Positions 33,522-44,699 of a stretch of DNA of 64,000 bases are shown one piece after another (positions within the stretch are counted from its first letter, which is position 1; the number at the start of each line of letters is the position of its first letter). The position numbers were made by a program, and so were the translations under genes. Origin of the DNA: an uncultured Methanosarcinaceae archaeon (GTDB lineage: Archaea; Halobacteriota; Methanosarcinia; Methanosarcinales; Methanosarcinaceae); assembly GCA_963733675.1 (NCBI GenBank), contig CAVTET010000004.1, forward strand, positions 64,001 to 128,000, in the 5' to 3' direction. The notes below the pieces were generated by a model that saw only the letters and a program-made list of their open reading frames with translations, ran no database searches and was not told the DNA's origin.

Positions 33522-34163
33522 TTATGCTTTCATCATCATTTTTAGCATGGTGTATGAGGCCATAATCTGGTTGTTTCCGTCTTTGTCCGTAGGAGCTCCA
33601 TGCCCAGAATATAGGTTTTTCACATCTAGTTTTATGAGTTTTTCAATTGATCCAAGCATCTTGTCAGGTTCTGAACCTTCAAAGTCCATCCTTCCGAAAC
33701 CTCCACTCGCAAATACAGTGTCCCCAGAAAAGAGACTTTTTGAAACCGGTTCGTAGAGGCAAATGCTCCCCTTTGAATGACCAGGTGTGTGAATTACTTC
33801 TAGATATTCTCCATTTCCTATTTCAATTTTGTCTCCTTCTTTATACGTAATTGTAGGTTTGACAACAGGTGCGCGGTCTCCGAAAAGTATAGATACACTC
33901 AAATATTTATCGTTTGCACCTTCCAGGTCATCTTCGTGCACTCCGACTTTTGCCCCGCTATTTTCTGCAATTGCTGCTGCTGCTGCTGTATGATCATAAT
34001 GGCAGTGAGTAAGGATAATGAGTTCCAAATCTGTAAGCTTGATATATTTTTCCAGTTGTTTAATGATCAGGTCACTATTAATGCCTGCATCTATCAGAAC
34101 TTTTCTGTTTACTAGGTAGACACTGGAATCGTAGGCTGTGGGACAAATGTACCGGACTTCGAT
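33522..34163 (-). CDS. MBL-fold metallo-hydrolase, probable ATC start
   Basis: THCHYDH, TPGHS and LFSGD motifs. The frame is open to ATC at 34163 (EVRYICPTAYDSSVYLVNRKVLIDAG), with GGAGG 7 nt upstream. Confidence 0.85.
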   Translation of the reverse strand: MEVRYICPTAYDSSVYLVNRKVLIDAGINSDLIIKQLEKYIKLTDLELIILTHCHYDHTAAAAAIAENSGAKVGVHEDDLEGANDKYLSVSILFGDRAPVVKPTITYKEGDKIEIGNGEYLEVIHTPGHSKGSICLYEPVSKSLFSGDTVFASGGFGRMDFEGSEPDKMLGSIEKLIKLDVKNLYSGHGAPTDKDGNNQIMASYTMLKMMMKA

Positions 34164-35212
34164 CTTTTTTCCTCCTTTAGTTTTATTTTACTCTATTCTT
34201 TTTCATATCTTTACTCATTTTTCTTAAATTTTTTTTGCACTACTCCCTCTAAGTTTTTTTACTTTCAATGCGTAAGTCTAAATTTCTACATTAAAACCCT
34301 ATGCGCATTTTCAGTCTCTAATTTTGTGATCTCTATAGTTCCCATATCTTTAATTTGCGGTACTATGAATTGAATCAATTGTAAATACATGTTGTTTCTG
34401 CTTTTGCGTGAAGAAAAATAGAGATTGTTGGTTTCAAGAGGCAGGGGTTCAAGTGATACTTCTACTGCAAGAAGTTGATGATGTTCTAAAAAATATACAC
34501 GATTTGTCGGAAAAATGTGATATCTTATATCCACTATTACTTGTATTGTTCAATAGAGCAGACGTGGCAATGATAAATAACTATACATATATATCTAAAA
34601 AGTTTCGGAATTTATGCTTCATCCACTGCATGTGTGTCTAGAAGAGATTTCCAATGTATTTTCGAATGTTTATCAATTTTGTGAACTAATTTGTCTGCCT
34701 CCCAAGATCAGCATTTTTTGCATTCCTGAAAGTATAGGCCTGCTTTTCCGATACTTACCTTATTTCCTGAGTTAGCTTCATCTGGGCAAAAATCAGATTC
34801 GTTTCTTCATAATAGCCTTTAATATCTATATAAAAAATTAGGTTAAATGTGAAATAAATTGGTTCCTAATCTTTCGCAAGTCAAAGGTTCATGCTTTTGT
34901 CCGTCAGACAAATTTCTGAATTGATCTTTTCTACAATTTCCATCTCCCTAGCTCAAAAATAATTTCTTCTCGATTGCTGTTGAATTTAAGAAAATCAACA
35001 TGACAGCGAGAATCACTATATTTGATAATGGCAGATCTTTTTTAGTCAATCTCGTTTTATTTCACTTTTTACACCGAGTTTTGGAATACAAATCTGAAAA
35101 AGAATAGGTACAGTCTTTATCCAATTTCTTTGCCTTTTGGCTGTTCTTCGAATTATACCTCGATCTAAACTCTGAACTAAAGTTTTCTAGCTTTTAGTTA
35201 ATTTTGGAAGTT

Positions 35213-36767
35213 TTAGCGTTTGCCCTTATTTTTGTAGAGCAAATTCATTGCATTCACGAGGGCTTCTACAGAAGCCATAACTATGTCTGGATTTGCAGAT
35301 CTAGCAGTTACAATTCTTCCTTTTTCGTTTTCAAGACCTATATATACGTCTGCAAGAGCATCTGCTCCTCCAGTGATGGCATCAATTCTGAACTCCTGAA
35401 GTTTGAAGTGGTTATTCTCTCCCAGGATATCTCTTACTGCATTGAGGGCAGCATCTACAGGGCCAACCCCAACTCTTGCAGCAATAACCTCTTTGCCTTC
35501 GATGTCTGCTTTGACAACGGCGGTGGGCGTAATGATATTTCCGGTCATCACAGAGACCTCTTTTAGCTTGATAAGTTCTTCTTCGGAGCTTGCTTTCCCG
35601 AGTACTGCAGAAGCAACAGCATAAAGGTCAACATCTGTGATCTGTTTGCCCTTATTTGCAATCTCCTTGATCCGGGATACTATTTCATCGAGTTGCTTAT
35701 CATTGGTTATTATTCCTGCAGATTCAAGGGACTGTTTAACTGCATGTTTGCCTGTATGTTTTCCAAGAACAATACGTCTTTTGTGACCTACCATTTCCGG
35801 AGTCATTATCCCAGGTTCGAAAGTATCGGATTTCTCAAGAACTCCCTGGCTGTGTATCCCAGATTCGTGGGAAAAAGCATTTTGGCCTACCACAGGAGTG
35901 TTGGGAGGAAGCCTGATTCCAGTATAGTTTTCAACCATTTTTGAAGTTTCTACAAGGTATTCGGTCCTAATATTTGTTTTTATCCCATAAATTGCCTTCA
36001 GACTCATAACTGTCTGTGGAAGGTCGGCATTTCCTGCTCTCTCTCCAATGCCATTTATCGTGACCTGGACCTGGGATGCTCCGGCTTCGATAGCCATGAG
36101 GCTGTTTGCTACCGCAAGCCCAAAATCATTATGGCAGTGCACATCTATAGGAATTGTTATTTCAGCTGCAATGTCTTTTATCTGCCTATACATTGCGGAT
36201 GGAACCATAATGCCAACAGTATCTGGCACGTTGATTATATCGCATCCCACTTCTTGGACCGCCTTGAAAACATCTATTAGGTACTCAGGATCAGTCCTAG
36301 TTGCGTCCATCGCAGAAAACATGCACTTCAGACCATGGTCTTTGATATATTGGACAGCTTCTACAGCCAGTTGGATAACTTCTTCCTGGCTTTTTTTGAT
36401 AGTATATGTCCTTTGAACATCTGAGGTGGGAACGAAAGTATGTACAAGGCCAACGTCGCTTTCAAAACATGCATTTATATCTTTCTTCAATACACGAGCA
36501 AGTCCACAGACTACAGCATCCAGCCCGGTATTAGAGATTGATTTTATGGATTCCTTGTCGCTTTCTGAAGAGGCGGGAAATCCAGCTTCTATTATGTCTA
36601 CCCCGAGTTTGTCAAGTTGATGGGCAATTTCCAGCTTCTGAGCAGAATTAAGGGATACTCCAGGAGTTTGTTCTCCGTCGCGCAGTGTTGTGTCAAAAAC
36701 AGTTACCGTTTTATTCTGTAGGGATTCGATGTAAAAATCGATCCCTTCTTTGAGTTCTTACATTCAT
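35213..36767 (-). CDS. leuA: 2-isopropylmalate synthase (LeuA/CimA family); N-terminus reachable only by a +1 frameshift or a non-canonical start
   Basis: FDTTLRDGEQTPG, HCHNDFGLAVAN, GERAGNA, HESGIH and GVGPVDA allosteric domain. The frame is open from 36757 but the first ATG/GTG/TTG is at 36490. Confidence 0.85.
36711..36767 (-). other. 18-codon leader ORF MNVRTQRRDRFLHRIPTE* overlapping leuA in another frame
   Basis: First ATG after the TATA box TTTATATA (about 36799-36806) and SD-like AAGTGA; contains AGAAGGGAT-CGA-TTT-TTA-C. Confidence 0.6.
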
Positions 36768-36924
36768 GGTAATCACTTAAAAGGATGCACATTCCTGGTA
36801 TATAAATTTCATGTGTGTTTGTGAATTTTTTGATAAATTCATTTTTTGTTCTTTATTAAGGAGTTTTCAGAGATGAACTCCCAGTGGTCTATACTCAAAA
36901 GTGAATAGATATGCAGTCACTCCG

Positions 36925-37381
36925 TCAGTAAATCTGCTCCACCAGATAGTTTCCGACACACATCTGTTTGATCTGATCGAGTTGAGCTTCGATCCAGTCG
37001 ATCTGTTCCTCCTCTTCCTTCAGGATTGATTCGAGAAGTACTTTTGTGTAATTATCCACCACCTCAGCTGCTACATTGATGTTAGCAGTGTAACTGTGAA
37101 TAACTAAATCTTCAGTTAGATATCCATGCTAGAGTATATTTAGCAATTGTGCGCCGATGATTATTTTATTCAGTTTGCTGACGATTTGGTTCCCTTCGAG
37201 GAAGAGGATGCGTGCGATCAGTTTTTCTGCGTGTATCATCTCGGCGATGGCTCGCTTCTGGATCATTGCTTCCAGTTGCTTGCAATTCCAATTTTCACAA
37301 TCTCGGCATTGGCAATGTACTGGTTTGTAGAGTTCAGTTACTCAGCTAATCGCTTGTTCATATGTTAAATAATATTCTCAT
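36925..37381 (-). pseudogene. bfr: Bacterioferritin
   Basis: NQYI, RAIAEMIHAEKLIARILFLEG and LLESILKEEEEQIDWIEAQLDQIKQM..NYLVEQI, with stops and frameshifts. Confidence 0.8.
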
Positions 37382-37389
37382 TTCCTCTC

Positions 37390-37888
37390 CTAAATAAATG
37401 TCCTATTGCATCGAAAAGTATCAATCGATTCTTGAAGATTATTCGATTTGTATTTTTTTGCTGGCTCTTCCATCTTCATTTTCGGAAGTGTTATACTCAG
37501 AACACCATTTTCTATTTTTGCAGTACTCACCTCCTCTTTAACGCTGGTAGGTAGGCGGATAGCTCGGAAAAAGCCAATAGATTCTTTTTCCTTATGAATA
37601 TATCCTTCCTCTTCTGTTTCTTTTTCCTCCCCGGTCTTTGCACTTATCTCAAGCATGTCTTCTTTAAGGTTTATCTCAATATTCTCTTTATTGATTCCTG
37701 GAAGGTCGGTAGTTACCACAAGCTTATTTTCTTCGTCCTTGATGTCAACTGCAGAAGTAAATACATTTTCACCTAGGCATTAAGTCTCCAAAAACAAATT
37801 CAGGCGTTCTTGTGTCTTCCTAATCTCTTCAAAAAACTGAGAAGAAGTAGTTTCTAAAATATAAGTTGAAGAGCATCTTGAATTTCAT
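37390..37888 (-). pseudogene. Hsp20 small heat-shock protein, frameshifted
   Basis: VDIKDEENKLVVTTDLPGINKENI...AKIENGVLSITLPK; the N-terminus is broken. Confidence 0.8.
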
Positions 37889-37899
37889 CCTTACTTTAA

Positions 37900-38567
37900 G
37901 AAAATGGAGCCGTATAACCTGCGAGAGACTCCTCTATTGCAAAGCTTTCCAACTCCAGAGTTTCTTTCGCCAGAAAAATTCAAAGAAGAGGTAGAAAAAG
38001 GAACTTAGTTGTGGATACAAGCATGCCCTATTCTTTTAGTGAAGTACATATAAAATACAGTATCTGGCTAGGAGGTGTACCTTCCTTTGCCGGTTGGGTG
38101 CTTCCTTATGATAAACCCATACTTCTAGTTCTGGAAGAAAAAAAGCAGCTTGAAACTCATTGAGATATTTCATTAGATTGGGTTATGATAATATTGTAGG
38201 TATACTAGACGGTGGAATTGCAGCCTGATATATTAAAACTCTAGCGATATATAATTTTAATCTCATATCCGTTCATGATTTGAAAGGCAAATTGGATAAA
38301 GGAGAGAAAATAGTAATTCTTGATGTGAGAGACAAGAGAAAATGGGATAAAGGACATATAAATGGAGCTAAACACATCTACGTTGGTTATTTGGAGGAGA
38401 AACGGGATGAAATTCCAAAAGATTGGCCTATAATTGTTTATTGTGGCACTGCTCGGAGTGCTAGTTTAGCGGCTCCAATTTTGAAAAAGAATGGTTATTG
38501 TAAAGTATACAATATCCTTGGAGGTATGACTGCATGGAAGAACGCTGGATATGATGTGGTAAAATGA
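37900..38567 (+). pseudogene. Tandem rhodanese domains (C-terminal part of an MBL-fold/rhodanese protein)
   Basis: SIWLGGVPSFAGWVLPYDKPILLV, RLGYDNIVGILDGGIAA*Y, ILDVRD..W..GHINGA and VYCGTARS. Confidence 0.75.
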
Positions 38568-38731
38568 GCAAAATTTACTTCAGAATGTTTAATTGTAGTC
38601 TTTAACTCAATGAATTTTACTTTTTTATCACTGATTGATGCGTTTTCACTCATCCGACACCCATGGAATGCGGGAAATGTACTTGGAAACTTGTTCTCAA
38701 AAAAGAAAGGAATGAACCAAGAAGCCACTTA

Positions 38732-39603
38732 GAGCCTATCCGAAAAATAATATGCTTCCAATTTAAGATCATGTGTGGTAATGACAAAACGGAAAATTGT
38801 TCAGGACTACGAAATTTCTGAAGATTATTGGAAAAAAATAGAACCTTTACTACCTATACCTAAGCCAAAAAAGAAGTCTGGAAGACCTAGAAAGGGTTAT
38901 AGGAAAATAATGAGTGGCATTTTCTATCTCCTTGTTACTAGTTGCCAATGGAAAGCATTGCCACGATTTTATGGAGCTGCAAGCACTGTACATGATCGAT
39001 TTTAGGAATGGCAACTATCAGGCTTATTTGAGAGCATGTGGATGGCTGGTCTTGTTGAGTATGATTTCGAAAAAGGATTAGAATGGGAATGACAATCAAT
39101 TGATGGTGCTATGACAAAAGCACCATTAGATGGGGCTGGAACAGGAGCCAATCCTACTGATCGCGGCAAAAAAGGTACAAAAAGGAGTGTTTTAACTGAT
39201 GGTAAAGACATATCACTTTCTGTTGTCGTTGATGGAGCCAATCGTCACGATAAAAAGCTTGTAAAAAGGACTTTAGACGCCATATTCTTTGAAAGACCTT
39301 CTCCAGAAGACATAATTCAGAATATAAGCATGGATAAAGGTTATGATTTCACCGATATCAGAAAATTGGTTGAAGAATATGGTTATACTGCGCATATCAA
39401 AAGTCGTGGAGAAGAAAATATAAGAAGAGACATACCTGGTTTTAGGGCAAGAAGGTGAGTTGTAGAAAGGACACATTCTTAGCTAAATAGATTCAGAAGA
39501 CTTCTTATAAGATGGGAAAAGAAAATTGAAAATTACCTTGCTATCCTACATTTAGTATGCGCATTGATAACATTCAGATCAGCAGGACTCTTCAGATAGC
39601 CTC
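38732..39603 (+). mobile_element. IS5-family element (IS1031-like) with a TTA target duplication and an inactivated transposase
   Basis: TIRs GAGCCTATCCGAA / TTCAGATAGCCTC, flanked by TTA at 38729-38731 and 39604-39606; GRPRK, CQWKALP, IDGAMTKAP and DKGYD motifs with four in-frame stops. Confidence 0.9.
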
Positions 39604-39891
39604 TTAGTCTTATTTGAGTGCTAGTTAACTTACGTTAAGGTCATGATACAATTACTTCTTTTCAGCATTATCAGTCATTATCGTTTGTTGATTCTGAGAT
39701 AAGAGGAAGTGACTGGTCAAGTGAAGTGTGTTATAAGAGATATGAGACTCAGTTACTACGATAAGCATAAGCTGATCAAACTGAAGACTTTTGTTGAAAT
39801 ATTTCCCACAGTCACAACCAACACACAGGCGTGTTAGTTATGTTTCTCCAATTATAACATTAAGTATATATACAGTTAAATCAGTTGGTTT

Positions 39892-40071
39892 TTAGTCCTG
39901 TACTTCTATTTTATGTGATACAGTTGCACCAGTTGATTTTTTGTCTTCTACTTTTATTTTATGCCAACCACACAAACAGCAATTCTCTTTGTAATGCATG
40001 ATGTGTTTCATAACACAAGCAAGTCCTATTATTGCTAAGATACAACCCACTATTTTCATACCTTTATGCAT
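39892..40071 (-). CDS. Small membrane protein with a His/Cys-rich motif
   Basis: SD GGAGGG; MHKGMKIVGCILAIIGLACVMKHIMHYKENCCLCGWH... Confidence 0.55.
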   Translation of the reverse strand: MHKGMKIVGCILAIIGLACVMKHIMHYKENCCLCGWHKIKVEDKKSTGATVSHKIEVQD

Positions 40072-40170
40072 AGTTATTCCCTCCAAGCTATTTATTGTAC
40101 TTTATCGTTTATTAAGATACGTAAATAATCCGAAAGTCATTATCAATACAGCAAATGTATGATATATATA

Positions 40171-40263
40171 TGAGAGTATTTCGATAAACCTTTGATTTCC
40201 ATGAGTCATATATATACCATTTGTATATATATGATGAAATTTAGAGGTTTATAGAAATCCTTA
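40171..40263. mobile_element. About 93-bp MITE, inverted relative to 43722
   Basis: GAGAGTATTTCGATAAACC...GGTTTATAGAAATCCTT. Confidence 0.65.
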
Positions 40264-40583
40264 TGAATGAAAGCTGAGGGTACTTAAAAAATGTCAACAG
40301 CAGTTTACTTTTGCCCACTTTGGTTTATTTGAAATTTTGCTTTAGCCCACTGAAGTATGGGACAGAACACGAATAGGGACAGCATTAAGGATATTTTGGG
40401 GATAAGATCAATCAAATAATGAAAGTAATTTGACAGAAAACTATATTTTAGAATGTACAAAAGAGCTTTATACTTTTCTTTTTTCATACGATTCAAAGTT
40501 CTATCTTGTTTTTTGATTTATGGCAGTTTTCGTTTTTCCAAAAGATTTTGTTCCAATGAAATACGTTTTTTGGAAGAAAATGC

Positions 40584-41420
40584 TTAATAATTAGTAGAAT
40601 CTATCACATTAGGGATACAGTAAACCATCTGGATTTTCAGGCCATTAATGTCTGTCTCAGGTTCTCGAGGCACAAATTCGAATCCGTATCTATACCCCAT
40701 TTTTGCTGTAATTGCTGCTACAAGTGCATCTAGAATATCATCTTTTGCAACTTCCTTTCGCCTGTATTCTAAAAGTGCAGCTTCGATAATTTTGTCTGTA
40801 AACAAGTAGATGTTTTTGAGTGTTTCTTTCCGCTCAAGAAAACCATCGTGATTTTTTTTAGAATATTTCATTGGAAAACCTTTAAATATCTGGAAACATA
40901 CTTCAGGCCCCACTTCTTTTATTTTTTTCTGAATAATTTTGTTTTCAACAAGAAAACTATCCACATCTCGGATTTTAGGGACTATATTCCAGGCTTGTTT
41001 TGAGATGCGTTTTCCTGTAATCTTTTCGTTAACTTCGCATGCTTTTTTATAGCTCCCCACATATACAGCTTCTCTACAGGGTATTGGAAATATACTGGAT
41101 TTTCTGGCTTTTAAAATTCTGCGTGCTCCAAGGTCGGAAAGTCGTTCACCATGGACTCCGTTTTTCAAGCCAATAGGGATGTCGATAAGAATGAGGGGGT
41201 CTATTTGTTCATATTTATTTATCAAAAAATCAATAAGAAACTGAAATTTTGGAAAAAGTCCTATTTCCCACTCATAGTTTTTTTCGGCTTCTGTAGCCAG
41301 GAAAACTGCAAACCAACCCGCACTGCAACCATCAACTCCAACAAAAACCTTTTTGTCAGCGTACCTACAGTTATGTAATATCTGATTGATTCTGTATCCT
41401 CTCCGATTAGAGCTCGTCAA
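40584..41420 (-). CDS. DUF429 family protein (predicted RNase H-like nuclease)
   Basis: VGVDGCSAGW, IDIPIGL, EVGPEVCF and DDILDALVAA. Confidence 0.85.
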   Translation of the reverse strand: MTSSNRRGYRINQILHNCRYADKKVFVGVDGCSAGWFAVFLATEAEKNYEWEIGLFPKFQFLIDFLINKYEQIDPLILIDIPIGLKNGVHGERLSDLGARRILKARKSSIFPIPCREAVYVGSYKKACEVNEKITGKRISKQAWNIVPKIRDVDSFLVENKIIQKKIKEVGPEVCFQIFKGFPMKYSKKNHDGFLERKETLKNIYLFTDKIIEAALLEYRRKEVAKDDILDALVAAITAKMGYRYGFEFVPREPETDINGLKIQMVYCIPNVIDSTNY

Positions 41421-41449
41421 AATGTCTTATTAACTCAAGAGTTAGTTAT

Positions 41450-42172
41450 ACTTGTAACCTATCCACCCTGTCGGGTGATACCCTCCAAGGAAGGGACTTC
41501 CTTTGAGTAATTCCTTCATCTGTCCTCAAATTTGATATCCATTAGGAATTATGTATTATCGAAGATTATCAACAAATTGTTGATAGCCCGTCCAGAAGGC
41601 ATTTTGTGATAGGAAACATAACATAATATTGATAGAATCATTTCGATCCCTAATAATATTGTTCCCGCAATCACAAATCATAACACGCTTCAAAAAGGCA
41701 CATCATGTAGTTTTCCACAAAACAAAGTTTAGTTGTGTGTTTTTCGTCAATTCTGATTACACTTTTACCTACAAGTTTTGCTTATCGGTCATGAATTGAA
41801 CAAATCTACATACTTTACCTAGAGCCTCAATCGAATGATTTTGACCTTTCTTTTGTTTGGTTTTCTTTTCCTTTTTACCGTCTTTTACTTTAGGTTGAGC
41901 CATTTGTGCACACTAAGGTCATAGTATAATAGTATTAGCTTTAGTGTTTTCAATCATAGTTTTGGAAAGTTTGTGTTGCAAATCTTTAACTTAATTTGCT
42001 GTCTTTCAACTCATTTTTGTAACTGGTTTAGCTACTCTCAGGTATCTCTTATTTTTTGTAGAAGCTTTTTTAACACCAATAAAATGATCTCTTCTTGATT
42101 TAGCTATGTCAATCTTAGGATTCCAATAATTATCAGATCTAGGTGATTTTACTTCGAAAAATTTACCATCAG
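41450..42172 (-). pseudogene. tnpB: tnpB C-terminal half and right end of an IS605-type element
   Basis: DGKFFEVKSPRSDNYWN, KDLQHKLSKTMIENTKANTII, RFVQF, IRIDEKHTTKLC, VMICDCGNN and RDRNDSINIM; end hairpin near 41455-41505. Confidence 0.75.
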
Positions 42173-43520
42173 CAGCTCGGATTTTATTTTTGCTTTTTGT
42201 TTCATCTACGTCACCGACAGCTACTGCACAAATTACCGAACTCACGATCACTGAAACTAGGATCAGCAACACAGATACGGCCAAAGAATTTATCGCAAAT
42301 AGAAAAAAATAACTGGTCACACTGAAGTTACAGTCTATAAAGAGGGTCTGGATCTCGTGAAATAAAAAATAGGGGTTTATTTTAAGAATGGAATCAGTAG
42401 TTTTGACTATACAAATGTGACCTATAGCATTTATTCTACCTCAGTCTGGGGGGAAGATCCCACAAATAATAAAACTGTTGTGCTAGAACAACAATATGAA
42501 TACGATCTTTTTAGTAGCTCGAATATCCTTAACAAATACTTGGAAAAGAGAATTCCTGAAACTGACTTTGCAGGCACAAACTATAATGGAAAACTGCTCA
42601 TACACTACGAAAATGGTGTTGTTCTTAAAAGAGATGAGTGAAGCGTTGTGGATCTGGCTGCCATAAAAATGGAATTTCCAGATTCTTTGGGGCTCCCTAC
42701 AAAACCAACACTTGTTTGGAATATTTAAACACCAACTTTCGGAAAACGGGACCTTATTAATTCTTATATGACTGGAAGTCTGAGTTGGAGTGCAAATTAG
42801 ATCATACAAACGAATGCCAATTCTACAAATGCAGATCTCAGATCTTCGGTCAGGATTAGCAATAAAGCAGTTTCTTTGATAATAAAAGGCTAATACTGGT
42901 GATAGGAGATCCCCGTAGTATCTACGAGTTATGGTCTCTTCTAAAGGTATTTCCGAAATGCCTCTATTTGAGTACCACCTCTATACCCTAGAAAAGCCAG
43001 TAACCCTCATAAATAATCAGGTAAAACATATCTCTTTTTTTTCTGTGGATCAGTGCCTGTGCAAAAGGAAGTTAGTTTTGATATCTCGAAGGGTGATCAG
43101 ATACATGCTGTCCTTAACATCGATAACTCAAAGGCAGAATACCTTATAATACCTCTTCATGGAGAAATTGTAAGGGTCTATTAGCCCGGTTCAGAAGGGC
43201 AGCTTCACTTTATAGGGGATATAGGCAAAAAAATGAAAGTGACTATAGACAATTCATCCGATATCATCGGCAAAAGGACATGACAGATTTTGAGCAGGTC
43301 AATAACAATGTCAGCATGACCATCTATGAAATCTAACTTCACAACAGCAAGTCTGAAGATCAGAACATTATACTTGTAGAAAATTGTAATGGGGGATTGA
43401 AAAATAATCAAAAACTCTGATAAATAAAAAAACCGATGCTTTTACTGTAGAATTAATGGCATCAATCTCAGCAAAAGGCACTAAATCCATTTTTTTACAC
43501 TGACGGGGCGAAAACAAGTT
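42173..43520 (+). pseudogene. DUF4139 domain protein, degraded
   Basis: VLEQQYEYDL, PTKPTLVW, SYMTGSLSWSAN and LFEYHLYTLEKPVTLINNQVKHIS. Confidence 0.7.
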
Positions 43521-43721
43521 TAGTGTTCCTATTGAAATTGTTGGGAATACACAATAGGGAATTATATCATCGAAATACAACTATTAGAATTCAATTTCAT
43601 GAAAAAAACTACTATAGGAAACACAGCCATTGAGAATTCAACTGGAGGGCATCAGTAGAAACTTATACATTGCAATAAAACCATGGAGTAATAGAACTAT
43701 CAAAAATATGAACAACAATTA

Positions 43722-43812
43722 AAAAATATTGAGAAACCCCTATGATTTCATCACATCATTATGAATTATATACAAATGACTCGTAAAAATCAGAGGTTTA
43801 TCGAAATTCTCC
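43722..43812. mobile_element. About 90-bp MITE
   Basis: GAGAAACCCC...AATGACTCGTAAAAATCAGAGGTTTATCGAAATTCTC. Confidence 0.6.
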
Positions 43813-43823
43813 AAAGGGTACAT

Positions 43824-44326
43824 TTAGATCCCATTTCTGTTACCACTATTAAAGTCACGGTTGTTGCCGTTATTGAAGGCTAAGTTATTGTTGCTTAAAT
43901 TATCGTTGTTGAAGTTATAGTTGCCGATGTTGACGTTACCGATGTTGAAGTTGACGTTTTCTGTGTTCTTAGTGTAGTTTTCTATGTTCCAATAGTCGTT
44001 TCCGAAGTTCATGTTTCCGTTATTGTTCCCGTTTCCAGAACCTAAATTATTGTTTCCGTCATTATTCCCGTTTCTGGAACCTAAATTATTGTTTCCGTCA
44101 TTGTTCCCATTTCGAGAACCTAAATTATTGTTTCCGTCGTTGTTTCCATTAACAGAATCATGATTTGCATTTCCATTACAATTTCCGTTTAAAATATCTG
44201 TATTAAATCCCCATTTCCCATTACAGTTACTAGCTGAACTTACTGTAGTCATCATGGATGCTAAAAAAAAGCTACCAATAAAACACTCAGTATTGTTTTT
44301 GCTCTGTCAAATATTTGTTTTCCCAT
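43824..44326 (-). pseudogene. Secreted Asn/Gly-rich repeat protein; signal peptide out of frame at a T8 run
   Basis: MGKQIFDRAKTILSVLLVAFF|ASMMTTVSSA; three GNNDGNNNLGS(R/G)N repeats (39-bp unit). Confidence 0.7.
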
Positions 44327-44699
44327 TAAAAACATTCCCCAAATTTATATGCAGTTTAATGTTACTAGAAATAAGTAGAATGTAAGTGAATACAATCTCA
44401 TGATAGTCAATTTTCCATCCCGCTTCCAAGTGATAGATATACTACGTAGATTCATCCCAAAAATGGAAAATTTTACAATTGGATTAAAAGACGAATATAA
44501 ATATGTATAGTTAATCTACTATATATATTCAAATTCCAGTTATTGTATACTAATATCAGTGTATTCCTCGTCTTGTAATATAATATATTGAGAAATATAT
44601 GTACTAATTTTTATTTAGTAATTTATAAATGAAAATTAATAATAAATGAAACTAATGAAAAATAGTTATATTGACCAAACAAATGTCAATAGTCATCTT

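Noticed and set aside
20892-39483. TGA reassigned to Trp, since several in-frame TGAs sit at Trp positions (pentapeptide, PolA, YcaC, rhodanese, IS5)
   Set aside because: tetR, the DUF5788-like gene, arcS and groES end normally at TGA, and most affected genes also carry TAG/TAA stops or frameshifts.
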